Shown: in pieces, positions 38,298 through 48,517 of the stretch | Layout: each line of letters begins with the position of its first letter | Numbering within the stretch: the first letter of the stretch is position 1 | DNA from: an uncultured virus (IMG/VR IMGVR_UViG_3300049846_000869) | Lineage: Duplodnaviria; Heunggongvirae; Uroviricota; Caudoviricetes | Direction: 5' to 3' (one strand) | Virus record (IMG/VR): IMGVR_UViG_3300049846_000869 | DNA: 64,000 nucleotides | Program-made: the position numbers and the translations under genes | The notes under the pieces: model-generated | What the model saw: the letters and a program-made list of their open reading frames with translations, nothing else | The model's database searches: none | Told to the model about the DNA's origin: nothing

Positions 38298-39302
38298 TTA
38301 ACCAACATATTCATCAAATTCATCTTGCCATAAAGCGTTGAGCATTACTTCATTGTGTTCATATTTTCTATTTTCTACCAGTTCAACAATTTGGTCTAAT
38401 CTAGTCATTATATTCTGTACTTTTTTAGTCGAATCGTAATCCATTTGAGCATTAGGATATCCGAACGATTTTAAATTTTCAAGTTCAGATTGCATTACAA
38501 TAACTTCTGATTTAGCCTTTCTGAGTTGCAGATATTCCTTTAATTTATCTATTGAAAGTTCATAGTCTTCTTTTGTCCTGATATGAGGAAATTTAAGCGC
38601 AATTTTTTCACCTTCCAGATAGACCAATATATTATCAGTCTTATAATCTCTTGTTGCCTTTAATCCTGCACTTTCCACAAATCGTATAAATTGAGTTTGA
38701 TAGTCTGATGAATAATTATTACTAAATCCATTCAGAGTAGTTTTGTTTTCTTGCTGCTTTTCTTTTTTTTTAGAAGCATAAGACTTTTCGGACAATTCTT
38801 TTTCCTGTCTTTGTCTATTTTGCATACTAACATTTAATAGATAATTTTTGTGCGTCTTCACTAAATTATCATAAATGGGTTTGAACCTCTTGAAATCCAT
38901 GAAACCAAGGTTACATACGAACTTCTGTCCTGAATCGGTATTGATTACAATTTTAGATTTCAAAAATCCATCTTCAAAAACTTCCAAAGACGAGACCGTA
39001 GAAAAATCAATAACTTGATTTTCGTAAGTATATCTTGTAGGAGCAACTTCCAACATTTGTTGCTTTCCAGAGAATGAGAATTTGAATTTCAGTCTCAAAT
39101 AAGAATCTTGTCTTTGGGTCTTGGTCCAACATGGCAAATAATACGATAGCCCCCTGAATATGTCATCCACCAATATACGATGGGTGAGGATTGGCAAGGC
39201 TTCACCTTCAACCGTTTTAGTAGTTTTCTTGGTAGGTACGGAAGCCTTAATAGCTCCGAACATTTCTCTAAATTCGTCAATAATGTCTTTGTTTTCGTCC
39301 AT
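38298..39302 (-). CDS. Hypothetical protein with possible bacterial PH-like domain
   Basis: IDFSTVSSLEV..GFL.SKIVI pattern; start reassigned. Confidence 0.55.
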   Translation of the reverse strand: MDENKDIIDEFREMFGAIKASVPTKKTTKTVEGEALPILTHRILVDDIFRGLSYYLPCWTKTQRQDSYLRLKFKFSFSGKQQMLEVAPTRYTYENQVIDFSTVSSLEVFEDGFLKSKIVINTDSGQKFVCNLGFMDFKRFKPIYDNLVKTHKNYLLNVSMQNRQRQEKELSEKSYASKKKEKQQENKTTLNGFSNNYSSDYQTQFIRFVESAGLKATRDYKTDNILVYLEGEKIALKFPHIRTKEDYELSIDKLKEYLQLRKAKSEVIVMQSELENLKSFGYPNAQMDYDSTKKVQNIMTRLDQIVELVENRKYEHNEVMLNALWQDEFDEYVG

Positions 39303-39303
39303 A

Positions 39304-39837
39304 TTAGTGTAACCTCTTAGAAGGAACCTCATCGTCTTGGTGAAGTTCTATTAATCTTGCTTTATTGCAGAAATGTAATATCACTTCAGAATATGTCATT
39401 TCTCTAGCATCAACATACTTGATTTCGGATTTGTCAACTTTCTTAAACGCATTTTTGAAGGAATTGAACAAGCGTTGTATGAAATCATAATCTTCGATAT
39501 CGCTTAGATTGAAAATCACAAGTTCGTGTTCTACCACATCATAAATACCAAAGCAAATTGGGTCTCTTCTTCCGCCCTCACTCTCTGACAATCCTTCAAC
39601 ATTGACCTTGACTAAAGTTCCAACTAGGAACAATCCGTTGATTTGTTCAATATAAACATCGTTTTTGCATTCCGTTAAGATGAATTCTTTAGCGGCTTCT
39701 GCCAAAACTTCCGAATTAGTTTGCTCACAGATTATGTTAATCTGTTTCATGGCTTCTTCTATAACATCCATGAACAATTTATAATTGTCAGGTGATGTGT
39801 TTTCCTTAGATATAGCAATTAATCTAGGATTCTTCAT
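39304..39837 (-). CDS. Hypothetical protein
   Basis: Operon ORF. Confidence 0.55.
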   Translation of the reverse strand: MKNPRLIAISKENTSPDNYKLFMDVIEEAMKQINIICEQTNSEVLAEAAKEFILTECKNDVYIEQINGLFLVGTLVKVNVEGLSESEGGRRDPICFGIYDVVEHELVIFNLSDIEDYDFIQRLFNSFKNAFKKVDKSEIKYVDAREMTYSEVILHFCNKARLIELHQDDEVPSKRLH

Positions 39838-40298
39838 TTAGTTATCTCCGTCAAATGACGAATTAAAGAAGGCTCCGTATGTTGCGACAGATTTACATAC
39901 GGCATGTGGAATTTACTACTATCATTATCTGCCAGAATTTCCTGAAGAATCAAACAACATTCTAAAGCAGATTCATCCATTCGGAAATACAATCCTTCGA
40001 TGTATGGAGTCGTGATTTGTGTTAACTTATCAGAGTACGATATATCTTTAACATTATGAAATGTAGCGTAGAAGCCTAAAACTACCGGGCCTCTTTCGAC
40101 ACTATCAACACAATCTAAATCAAAAGTACAGATTGGAGAACCATTGGGGGTTCTTAAAATCATACGCAAAGGCAATCCTATCGGAGAATACATTATAGCC
40201 CATGCCGATTCTCCGCCATCTTTATTAGCCAGCAAAATGGTCTTGATATAACCAGCCAATGTATCTAGTTGCTCATTTTTAGCTTTAATATGGTTCAT
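39834..40298 (-). CDS. Hypothetical protein
   Basis: ATGA-coupled ORF. Confidence 0.55.
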   Translation of the reverse strand: MNHIKAKNEQLDTLAGYIKTILLANKDGGESAWAIMYSPIGLPLRMILRTPNGSPICTFDLDCVDSVERGPVVLGFYATFHNVKDISYSDKLTQITTPYIEGLYFRMDESALECCLILQEILADNDSSKFHMPYVNLSQHTEPSLIRHLTEITK

Positions 40299-40873
40299 GC
40301 GACTTTCCTTCTGAATAAATCAAAGAACTTCCTGTCATGTTTTATAGCGTCTTGGAAGCCCATAATATTGCTAACTTCCTGTTTCAAGGTTCCGAGATTC
40401 TGTAGTCTGGACAATTCTTTAAGTTCCAGCATATCTTTGTAAATATCTTCAGCCAGCTTATCCCAAGATGGAACAAGTGCGGCAAACATATGATTCAATT
40501 CATAACGAGAGATTGAAATGAAATGACTTTCTGATTTAAAGAACGAAACATCTCTACGGAATTCTATAGTGATATTTTCAACGCTGAAACAGAACTCATT
40601 ATTTGGAGTTTTTCTAGCCATGAAATCAATTGAAATATTTCCATAATTCTTCTTACCGAAGATTATTCCATAGTTTATTTCAAGGGTGTCCTTATCTTTA
40701 TGATAAGTATGTTCTAGTAATTTGGTAACATCATAAGGGCGAATATCCTCTAGGCTGACTCGATTTATCGAATATTGATAAAAGCGGTCTTTGATGCTGG
40801 AGAACACATGATTTAAGATTTCCGACTTCATTTCGGGAGTAATTGATAAACTGTCAAAATCATAATCTGTCAT
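40295..40873 (-). CDS. Hypothetical protein
   Basis: SD GAGG; promoter-like element upstream. Confidence 0.6.
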   Translation of the reverse strand: MTDYDFDSLSITPEMKSEILNHVFSSIKDRFYQYSINRVSLEDIRPYDVTKLLEHTYHKDKDTLEINYGIIFGKKNYGNISIDFMARKTPNNEFCFSVENITIEFRRDVSFFKSESHFISISRYELNHMFAALVPSWDKLAEDIYKDMLELKELSRLQNLGTLKQEVSNIMGFQDAIKHDRKFFDLFRRKVA

Positions 40874-40933
40874 AAATACCTCGATTTAGTCTGTAGTATA
40901 CCAAACTCTTTGAATAACTGCAATCGTCTTGGA

Positions 40934-41668
40934 TTATATTTCTAATATAGGACCGGCTTTATTGGCTAAGATAGCGGCTTCTATTCTGCTCTTAGCAAAC
41001 GAAATCAAAATATCGTCCTCTGTTCCTACTATAAAGGCTTTTGGTATACTAGTCTGCTGTATGTGATTCCCGAATCTTATATCTTTTAACTCACCAATCA
41101 TGCCTAAATTTATATCGTAATGGAATATTACCATAGTAGCGAACCCATCTAAGGTTACGCATTGTTGTGCTATTGTATTGTTCGAATGTATGACAACATC
41201 GGTAAAATCTTCCGTAAATGGAAACAATCCTGCAAAATTTGATGACCTTATGCCGGATAGTACGGTATTGAATACTCTAGCCTTATCTTTTGACCCTAAT
41301 AACATTTCTAAAGATTTGAGAAGTTTGGCACCAACGAACAGCAGGAGCAATTCCCTCATTTCTATTGTCATATTGCTTTTTATGAAAGCTTCGTTGAATT
41401 TAGCTGATTTATCCGGAAAGGATATCTCTTGAAAGTAAAGATGGCGCTTATTTGTATCGTAGCGGCACACTACAGAAAATACCAATTTGCCATTTCTTGG
41501 ATTCTGAACCCTAGCATAAGCTATGTATTGTTCATCAATATATTCTATGGTATCTTCGTATATTAAATTAGATTGAGAACCGGAAAGGACGATATCCTTC
41601 AGTAGATTTTTTAGGGTTGTGAAATGTTTACGGTTTCTTACTTCGTCTAAGTTTACAAGTTCGCCCAT
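40934..41668 (-). CDS. Hypothetical protein
   Basis: ORF with SD. Confidence 0.6.
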   Translation of the reverse strand: MGELVNLDEVRNRKHFTTLKNLLKDIVLSGSQSNLIYEDTIEYIDEQYIAYARVQNPRNGKLVFSVVCRYDTNKRHLYFQEISFPDKSAKFNEAFIKSNMTIEMRELLLLFVGAKLLKSLEMLLGSKDKARVFNTVLSGIRSSNFAGLFPFTEDFTDVVIHSNNTIAQQCVTLDGFATMVIFHYDINLGMIGELKDIRFGNHIQQTSIPKAFIVGTEDDILISFAKSRIEAAILANKAGPILEI

Positions 41669-41675
41669 GTTATTC

Positions 41676-42023
41676 CTAGTATATCCATGCGTAATAAATT
41701 TTGGTAACTAAATCTTGGAAAATAGGTTTTATCTCTTCCAGTTGCAATACATCCTTGTCTAGTTTATAACCTCTACGAAGATTTGGCTTAGAAGTGCTAG
41801 ACTCTTCGAAGAACTGATAGAAAGTAATGTAGCTTAATATATAGTTGCCCGAAAATTGCTCTATTTCTATAGCGGCCTGATAAGGGAATTTCTTCCATAC
41901 TAACAAATGAGTAGAGCCTCCGCCTAATCCTTGCATATCACGAAAATCTATATTGTCTTGGTCATTAACTATAGTTAAAAGGAATTCATTTAATTCCTTC
42001 AAACTTTTGAAATCCTTATCCAT
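41676..42023 (-). CDS. Hypothetical protein
   Basis: Operon ORF. Confidence 0.55.
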   Translation of the reverse strand: MDKDFKSLKELNEFLLTIVNDQDNIDFRDMQGLGGGSTHLLVWKKFPYQAAIEIEQFSGNYILSYITFYQFFEESSTSKPNLRRGYKLDKDVLQLEEIKPIFQDLVTKIYYAWIY

Positions 42024-42411
42024 TATTGGTTACCTTTGCTCTCTGATTCCAAGCGTGTGCTACAGTATTAAACCCGGAAGCTATAGAAACGGTAAAGGTC
42101 TGATAACAGCCTTTACAAAAAATTGAAGTTAAACCAAAACCTTCAAGAGATGTTCCCCCACAGAACGGACAGGGCTTCAATAGTTCCCCTCTGACTTCTA
42201 CGAAAGCGCCATCTTTAGATTTGTCAATATTTTTATAGAATTCATTTTCCGCAATCAATTCATCAGAAAACTTACATAGAACATCAATTTCTTGCAACAG
42301 CATGAGAATATGATTAGACTCATTGTATCTCTTTTCTATTTCAGGTCGTTGTTTTAGGTAGTTTTCTCTCACCCATTCTACACGATTGGATAACTGGTCT
42401 TTTGCTGACAT
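42016..42411 (-). CDS. Protein with C-terminal Lar-like Zn domain
   Basis: LKPCPFCGG...CKGC...AWNQR. Confidence 0.65.
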   Translation of the reverse strand: MSAKDQLSNRVEWVRENYLKQRPEIEKRYNESNHILMLLQEIDVLCKFSDELIAENEFYKNIDKSKDGAFVEVRGELLKPCPFCGGTSLEGFGLTSIFCKGCYQTFTVSIASGFNTVAHAWNQRAKVTNNG

Positions 42412-42653
42412 TAGAAGTTCTCCGTAATTGAAGCTATTCTGTTGGACATGGTTAAGAATGTAATGCCAAAGGCTACCAACATGGCCCATATCGCAAAATA
42501 AACGGGATTAGTAGTAGTAAACATAAAATGGGCACCATTCAGAATAAAAGCTAAACCGATATTACCAAATACCACAGCCCCAAGCACAATAGCCCAGCAA
42601 ATTCTTTGGTATAGATAATAGGGTTCTTCGGAATTAAATAACGGCATTGACAT
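42411..42653 (-). CDS. Small membrane protein
   Basis: Two hydrophobic helices. Confidence 0.5.
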   Translation of the reverse strand: MSMPLFNSEEPYYLYQRICWAIVLGAVVFGNIGLAFILNGAHFMFTTTNPVYFAIWAMLVAFGITFLTMSNRIASITENF

Positions 42654-43011
42654 AGGCTTTTCCTTCTCTCAAATAACAAATTTTGGACTTCTCGACTTTA
42701 ATCATGGTATCGCCGTCCATGCGATAAAAATCAGAAAACTTGAATGGATTGTAAGACACTCTTATGGATTTATTTATGTTTGGATTTTTACACAATTTTT
42801 GATAATCATCACAAACGATAAAAGCGTGTACATTTCGATTTTTGGATTTTAGAGCGCGTTTCCTGCCAGCTTGTGATACAGCAAACTTCGGATTTGTAAT
42901 CTTGGCGGATTCAAGGTAATCAATGACCTTCCCCTTATATTTCACAGAGAACAAATTTCCTTTGTTGAGATTTCTGTAAATGTAATACTTAGCTTCCAAG
43001 ACCGACCCCAT
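42634..43011 (-). CDS. Conserved phage hypothetical protein
   Basis: YRNL...VSQAGR.R...NVHAF...YNP motif, recalled from other phage proteins. Confidence 0.65.
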   Translation of the reverse strand: MGSVLEAKYYIYRNLNKGNLFSVKYKGKVIDYLESAKITNPKFAVSQAGRKRALKSKNRNVHAFIVCDDYQKLCKNPNINKSIRVSYNPFKFSDFYRMDGDTMIKVEKSKICYLREGKAYVNAVI

Positions 43012-43356
43012 CCTTTTCTAATCCTTTTTGTAAATCTCTCAAAGCCTCGTATTCATCGGCTGATAGATAAGTTTTGCCTGAATAATAATCATCCAAAATG
43101 TCAACGATATGTCTATACATTTCGTATACATCTTCTGGCATGACTGGATAATCGCTTAATATTTTCATGTTAGTCCCTACAATCAATCCATTCGTCGCCA
43201 CATCTAACTTCGTAATGGCCGCATTTCTTACAACTTCTATAATGCGACCCGGACTGTTCCGTTCGTCCCTTGTCTGTAGTTATAACTTGTATGCCGACAG
43301 AGTATTCGTAGTCGTGAAACCAGCATCCGAAAATATCTCTAAAAGCTTTGAAGAAA

Positions 43357-43626
43357 TTATCCACGATTGCTTCTCCCATTATCAATGCCGGGTAAATTGA
43401 GCGAATCGTATTCATCTAGATTGAAAGGAACTGGGTCGCCGTGGCGTCTGTTCCAACGAGCCAAGGCTTCTTCTGGAGTGTTACCAACGACTTCTGCGGT
43501 ACAATCGGATGCACCACATCTTACAATCCAATAAGTAGCTTCACGGTTTCCCGGAAATGCTGGTACATCTTTTGGATTGTCCGGGTAAGTACAGCCGCAG
43601 AATGGGCAAGGACGAAAATTATTCAT
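43357..43626 (-). CDS. Lar-family restriction-alleviation-like protein
   Basis: PCPFCG...VRC...C...EEALARWNRR. Confidence 0.7.
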   Translation of the reverse strand: MNNFRPCPFCGCTYPDNPKDVPAFPGNREATYWIVRCGASDCTAEVVGNTPEEALARWNRRHGDPVPFNLDEYDSLNLPGIDNGRSNRG

Positions 43627-43770
43627 GGTTCAATTCTCTGTAAATTACGATTAATGTTCCACCTAAGAAACATAAACTACCCAAGGTGTTACAACTGAAA
43701 AGGAACAGACAACTGCCGATGGCATACAACCAAAACGGCATAAGCTTGTTAATTTTTTCTTTAGTTATGT

Positions 43771-44010
43771 TCATAGTTTCTCCGGTACAGGATTAGTTAA
43801 AGTTTTGGATTTATTTCTAGCTCTGGCGAAATCGAACGCTCCCCACAAAACACCAAAAATGAATAACATTGTTAAACATAATGATATTGCAGTTAAAATT
43901 GCTGGCGTTGGTTCTAATGTGAACATCAACATGAATGTATAAAAGAAGGCCGATAATCCGCTAAGGACTGTGCCCCAACGAATAACATCGTACAAGGTTA
44001 AATTTTGCAT
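43771..44010 (-). CDS. Small two-TM membrane protein
   Basis: Hydrophobic helices; SD GAGG. Confidence 0.55.
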   Translation of the reverse strand: MQNLTLYDVIRWGTVLSGLSAFFYTFMLMFTLEPTPAILTAISLCLTMLFIFGVLWGAFDFARARNKSKTLTNPVPEKL

Positions 44011-44063
44011 AGATTATCCTCTTGGTCGAATTATACTACCAAGAGAACAGCAAGTCAAATCAA

Positions 44064-44777
44064 TTAATCACCAATTGGGTCGGTAAATACCAATTGAGCG
44101 CCATAAGGAGTTCTTCTAATCATAATATTGGGCGCTCGTATATCTAACCAATATCCTTCATTGGCTACAGATTTTATGAATTTGAGTGCTTTGATTAACT
44201 GCTCGTCCGATATTACCAAAGGTCTGTTAGGATAATAGTGATATTCGAAATCACCATGTTCGACGGCTTTCTTCATAGCGTCTATCATAATTTTAAGAAT
44301 ATCAGCCATCTGGTCTTCTTCTGGTGCTTGAGTTCTTCTATATTCTTGATTAAATACTCTACTAAACAATGCTTCCAATTCTTTCATGTTCAAAGAATCA
44401 AGTTCAAAAAGGCGTTCTATATCTGCGGTATAAATTTTTCTACCTTTGGAATCTTCGACATGATGTATGTTGTAAATTCTAGGCAGATATGGGTTCGGTC
44501 CATTTCTCTTGTAATACTCAACCAAATCGGTTATGAACGCATAGTAACCATCAGAGGCAAGTAGGGCACGGGGCTTAATACCGCGCTTCCTGACCAAATG
44601 TGGGTCTTTCTTATGCAATCTTACTGAACCATATGACCCCTGATATCTGGAATTCCCAGACAGTTCATCAGATTTCATTGATTTTCTACTTTCTTCTCGA
44701 CTTGCAATATCATCAGCAAAAGGCTTTTTAGCCTTGAAAAATTGCTGAGTAGTGTCTAGGATTTCCAATATTTTCAT
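44064..44777 (-). CDS. T7 gp0.7-like protein kinase, paralog 1
   Basis: GSYGSV, NPYLP, IERL, DIRAPNIM and LVFTDP; TAAATA upstream. Confidence 0.75.
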   Translation of the reverse strand: MKILEILDTTQQFFKAKKPFADDIASREESRKSMKSDELSGNSRYQGSYGSVRLHKKDPHLVRKRGIKPRALLASDGYYAFITDLVEYYKRNGPNPYLPRIYNIHHVEDSKGRKIYTADIERLFELDSLNMKELEALFSRVFNQEYRRTQAPEEDQMADILKIMIDAMKKAVEHGDFEYHYYPNRPLVISDEQLIKALKFIKSVANEGYWLDIRAPNIMIRRTPYGAQLVFTDPIGD

Positions 44778-44834
44778 AAACATATGCCTTCTGATGGATA
44801 TATTTATGGAATGTAGGCTGCTTTATTTTGATAA

Positions 44835-45494
44835 TTATAAGTAGAATAATGGAATTTGTCTACACTCAATTACGCTTTTTGGTTTATTGAGGTCGGCCAA
44901 CAATTCTGAATTTTTGTGCTTTATACAAGATACGCATTCGCCACATCTTGTACCCAAACAGCAATAGGAAATGAAAGACAATAGTTTATCACCTAATTCG
45001 GTAGCTCTCAAGTCATTTATAATTTCGTATTTGTGCTTCCATTCTAAAGGCCACAATATTTCAAATTTATCTTCCGGGTATCTGATAGAATTTAAGGCGG
45101 CTGCTAAATTTACAATTTCAGTTCTAAAATGCCAAACATCATCTTCGGCTACATGACCCAAGGCTATTCCAGAATGTTCTGATTTTTGAAAAAAGAACGA
45201 TGCTATTCCCAACCATAATGGAGGCTGCGATACTAAGAACCCGCCATTGCCGGGAACTTCATCAAAATTGAAATTATGGGAGTTTATGATTTTTCCCGGA
45301 AGAATTCCTTTATTGCTAGCATCTTTGAAAATAGCTAACAAGAACATTCTTGCAGATGTTTCTGCGTTTACTTGTGTTTCATTGTTTTTTAGATTTATGG
45401 AAAGAGTATCTACATCAATACCTTCCGAGAGATATTTGTATATCATGTAGGTGGAATCCAAACCACCCGACCATAAGACTAATGGACGGCTCAT
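44835..45494 (-). CDS. QueC-like PP-loop ATPase
   Basis: WSGGLDST and C-terminal C...CGECVSC Zn site. Confidence 0.8.
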   Translation of the reverse strand: MSRPLVLWSGGLDSTYMIYKYLSEGIDVDTLSINLKNNETQVNAETSARMFLLAIFKDASNKGILPGKIINSHNFNFDEVPGNGGFLVSQPPLWLGIASFFFQKSEHSGIALGHVAEDDVWHFRTEIVNLAAALNSIRYPEDKFEILWPLEWKHKYEIINDLRATELGDKLLSFISYCCLGTRCGECVSCIKHKNSELLADLNKPKSVIECRQIPLFYL

Positions 45495-45495
45495 A

Positions 45496-45894
45496 TTAAT
45501 CCCATAAATTCAAATAATATTCGGCAAACAATTTGATGCCTTCGTCAAATTCCAACAATTCTTTACGCTTCGCCCATAATATACCCTCATACTCTATTAC
45601 AAGTTCAAAACTTCTAATCATTTTATCCAAAGTAGCAATCCAAGCTTCATCCGAACCTAGCTTTGGTGGATACCCCATATGATTGTCTCTGAAATATTTG
45701 AGTCTAGGTAAGATATAATTAGCAAAAGCCACATCCATGTTCCAAGTAACCGAATCATCCCATCCACGGGTACGACGCTGCCACCAGAATTTTAATTCTC
45801 TGCGTAATTTCCAGAATATATTGCTACGACGAGCATACATTCTTTCTATTATTTCTTCTGCACTTCTGTTATCTGAATCGTTATCGGAAGACAT
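45496..45894 (-). CDS. Conserved phage hypothetical protein
   Basis: RGWDD...WN.D...ILPRL..F...LF.EY...LWD; start reassigned. Confidence 0.6.
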   Translation of the reverse strand: MSSDNDSDNRSAEEIIERMYARRSNIFWKLRRELKFWWQRRTRGWDDSVTWNMDVAFANYILPRLKYFRDNHMGYPPKLGSDEAWIATLDKMIRSFELVIEYEGILWAKRKELLEFDEGIKLFAEYYLNLWD

Positions 45895-46094
45895 TCTAAG
45901 ACCTCGTATTCTAATTCCTTTTCCCACAAGTCCATAATATCGGTGTCTGTTACACCAGTACATGATGTGAAAGTTCTGAATTCGTGCTTCATATATTGAA
46001 AAATCGCAGCTTTTTCAGAATAGGCTATAGTGAAAGGTAGGAACCCCCTTCGACCGCACTTAATAGCGTACAATTCTTTTATCGTGGTTTTCAT
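45849..46094 (-). CDS. Hypothetical protein
   Basis: Coupled ORF. Confidence 0.45.
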   Translation of the reverse strand: MKTTIKELYAIKCGRRGFLPFTIAYSEKAAIFQYMKHEFRTFTSCTGVTDTDIMDLWEKELEYEVLECLPITIQITEVQKK

Positions 46095-46489
46095 AAATTC
46101 TGAGCGTGTGATATTTGAGCTAATACTGTAGCATGAGTTAAAAAGGTAAAAGCGGTCATATCTAATTCCTCAAATTCTTTAAACTTAAAAGTCCCCAAAG
46201 TTGAATGTTGTTGATAGCGAACTAACCATTGTAGCAATTTTATACACATGGAGGTTTTTTCTTCTGGGGTTGAAGAATAATCAAAATTAATACTTTCGAC
46301 CTTTTCGGTTAATTCGACGGCTTCATCGGCAAGTTCTTTAGCTAACTTATAATCAGAAGTGTAAATTTCTTGTATACCTTCAAGACTTTGTTGAAATTTA
46401 TCAAGATGGTTAGGGTCAATATCTAGACCAATTAAGTGTGTGCCGTTATATTTAGAATCTATTTGTAATTTTAGCTTTAGTGGTTCCAT
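46091..46489 (-). CDS. Hypothetical protein
   Basis: SD AAGGAG. Confidence 0.6.
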   Translation of the reverse strand: MEPLKLKLQIDSKYNGTHLIGLDIDPNHLDKFQQSLEGIQEIYTSDYKLAKELADEAVELTEKVESINFDYSSTPEEKTSMCIKLLQWLVRYQQHSTLGTFKFKEFEELDMTAFTFLTHATVLAQISHAQNL

Positions 46490-46499
46490 GAATATCTCC

Positions 46500-46868
46500 T
46501 TATAGATTTTTATTTGTGTATAGTTTTCTTAGGTGTTCGTCCCACAATGGGTTATAATTGGGATTTTCTACAAGCGTTGCTTTACATACCGCCTCTTTTG
46601 CTTGTTGTACGCAACTCTCGTAAGAAGATGCCGTTCTGCTAGTACAAAACATTACCTGTTCTTTTAATGTAAGGTCTTCGACTCCATCACAAGAATAAGA
46701 AGAAATATATCTAGGATTCATTTGGGATGCGAATAGAGGAATGATTACCAAAACTAAGATAACTACCATAGTTCCGGTGAAGATATAATTCAACACGCTT
46801 TTCACCGCTCTGCCAAAATCTCTCAATAAATCGAGCGGATTGTATTCGTCGTTAACTTGATTAGTCAT
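46500..46868 (-). CDS. Membrane-anchored protein with Cys-containing periplasmic part
   Basis: TM helix followed by four Cys. Confidence 0.55.
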   Translation of the reverse strand: MTNQVNDEYNPLDLLRDFGRAVKSVLNYIFTGTMVVILVLVIIPLFASQMNPRYISSYSCDGVEDLTLKEQVMFCTSRTASSYESCVQQAKEAVCKATLVENPNYNPLWDEHLRKLYTNKNL

Positions 46869-46877
46869 ATAGTATCC

Positions 46878-47474
46878 TTAGATTTCAAAATCTACTGATT
46901 TTTTTGAATTTGCTGTATTGGGAACCGTAGTGCTATTGGTATCAACAGCAGCAGACGCTTTTGCTCTATTCTTCTTGAAGGTGGCAAAATGTACCCAGCC
47001 GTCTTTACAATGGAATCCCCACTCTCTATATGCTGGTCCAGTAAAGAAAAGAGTGCGGGCCGGTGTTGACAACACCAAACGGTGAGGCTCTCTGGCATTC
47101 CTGAAAACAACATTAAAACGCTTTCTAACGAATCTAGACTGTTCACAGTCATAGAAACTAGTCTGGTCGGCGTAGTGAGATATCAAATTCTTTGAATAAG
47201 TTAGCGCAACTTCTTCGTATCCGCCCTTCAATACGAATGTCATATTGTTCCAAGGATGGTCATGTAGCCCAACATCGGTATCGCTCTGATAAATTTCATG
47301 AAGCCAAATGTTAAAAAAGCGATTTCGTGGAATAATCCACCATCTAACGATATAAGGCTTGCCGTTCTGTTCTACGGCAAAGTCTGGTTCTGGATTCCAT
47401 TGTAATTTGAACAGGTTTTTAAACCAGTTTGGCAACATGAATTCCTTTTCGTTTTCATTATAAACCTTTTGCAT
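46878..47474 (-). CDS. Cupin-fold protein
   Basis: LHDHPW, GGYEE, HRL and TLFFTGP..WGF motifs. Confidence 0.75.
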   Translation of the reverse strand: MQKVYNENEKEFMLPNWFKNLFKLQWNPEPDFAVEQNGKPYIVRWWIIPRNRFFNIWLHEIYQSDTDVGLHDHPWNNMTFVLKGGYEEVALTYSKNLISHYADQTSFYDCEQSRFVRKRFNVVFRNAREPHRLVLSTPARTLFFTGPAYREWGFHCKDGWVHFATFKKNRAKASAAVDTNSTTVPNTANSKKSVDFEI

Positions 47475-47483
47475 ATTGTTCCT

Positions 47484-47690
47484 TTACCAATCGTAATCTG
47501 TTACATCAACGGATTGTCCGCAAGCACATTGAACCTTAGTGATTGTACCCAAACTAGTTGGAGTAAAGCAGTAAGTCAATCTTCCGCCAATAGCCCCTTG
47601 ATTTTCTGGAGAATTAAACGGGCAAGAGTTGCTATGGTCCTGCAACCATTCACTCAATCTTATTTGTTCGCCTATATCTAGACTGAACAT
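47484..47690 (-). CDS. Conserved small phage protein
   Basis: GAIGG..TY.FTPTSLG...C.CG...D.TDY.W pattern. Confidence 0.6.
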   Translation of the reverse strand: MFSLDIGEQIRLSEWLQDHSNSCPFNSPENQGAIGGRLTYCFTPTSLGTITKVQCACGQSVDVTDYDW

Positions 47691-47847
47691 TACAATACCG
47701 CGATGACTATAAAGCCTAATACCAAAATGGCAATCATGGTCTTAATCCAGATGCTCTTATCGGCTCTCATGTATTCATCGTAATCTTTATCTCTGTTACC
47801 GTATGACATTTTTATCTCCAAATTTCGTCAATTATATCACATGAAAA

Positions 47848-48039
47848 TTATTTGGTCAAATCAAAAATGAAATAGCTGTTCTTAGGCATAACTCTTTCTA
47901 AAACACAGTCTTTATCCAAAATGTCATTATCCAATAAGGTATATTCCTCATTTCTATCGGCTTCGACTGTCTTATGGTGCTTTTTAGTTTCAACATAAGC
48001 ATAGAATGTACTTTCATCTCTTTGTATTATAAGTTTCAT
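47848..48039 (-). CDS. Hypothetical protein
   Basis: Coupled ORF. Confidence 0.5.
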   Translation of the reverse strand: MKLIIQRDESTFYAYVETKKHHKTVEADRNEEYTLLDNDILDKDCVLERVMPKNSYFIFDLTK

Positions 48040-48512
48040 TAGAATTCTCCAAAATTTCCTGATTTTCTTCTGTGTTCTGCCATAGCCGCTTCATATCCCG
48101 GCAAATGTTCTCTCTCGTCAAACTCTACAACCGATATGACCGTCTCCGGGTCGTACCCATGAGTGTGATGCAGTATAGCCAAAGATTCTCCAGACATGCC
48201 GTGTTTCTTTATAAACTTTGGTATGAATTCTTTACCTTTTTGAATCAACGCATTGAACATAGCCTCTTCATTATGTATGACCGTTTCTATGTCCGGTAAT
48301 TCCGGTCTAGCTGAACATTCTGGTTGAAACTCGTCCCAACGGACTTGTTCCCTGCTTCTATCACACCACATACATCTTGAAGACCTACCATCGGACGAAA
48401 AGAAATGGGCACCAGCGTCTAAACGAGGATGCGGCGCGTGATATGCGTAATACGCTTTATGTACGCTATCCCATGCTTCTGGATGGTCTCTCATGTATTT
48501 CAAAATATCCAT
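48039..48512 (-). CDS. Zn-finger plus AlaRS helical-domain-like protein
   Basis: EEAMF..LI.KG...SGESLAILHHTHGY...YEAAMAEHRRKS. Confidence 0.55.
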   Translation of the reverse strand: MDILKYMRDHPEAWDSVHKAYYAYHAPHPRLDAGAHFFSSDGRSSRCMWCDRSREQVRWDEFQPECSARPELPDIETVIHNEEAMFNALIQKGKEFIPKFIKKHGMSGESLAILHHTHGYDPETVISVVEFDEREHLPGYEAAMAEHRRKSGNFGEF

Positions 48513-48517
48513 GTCGT

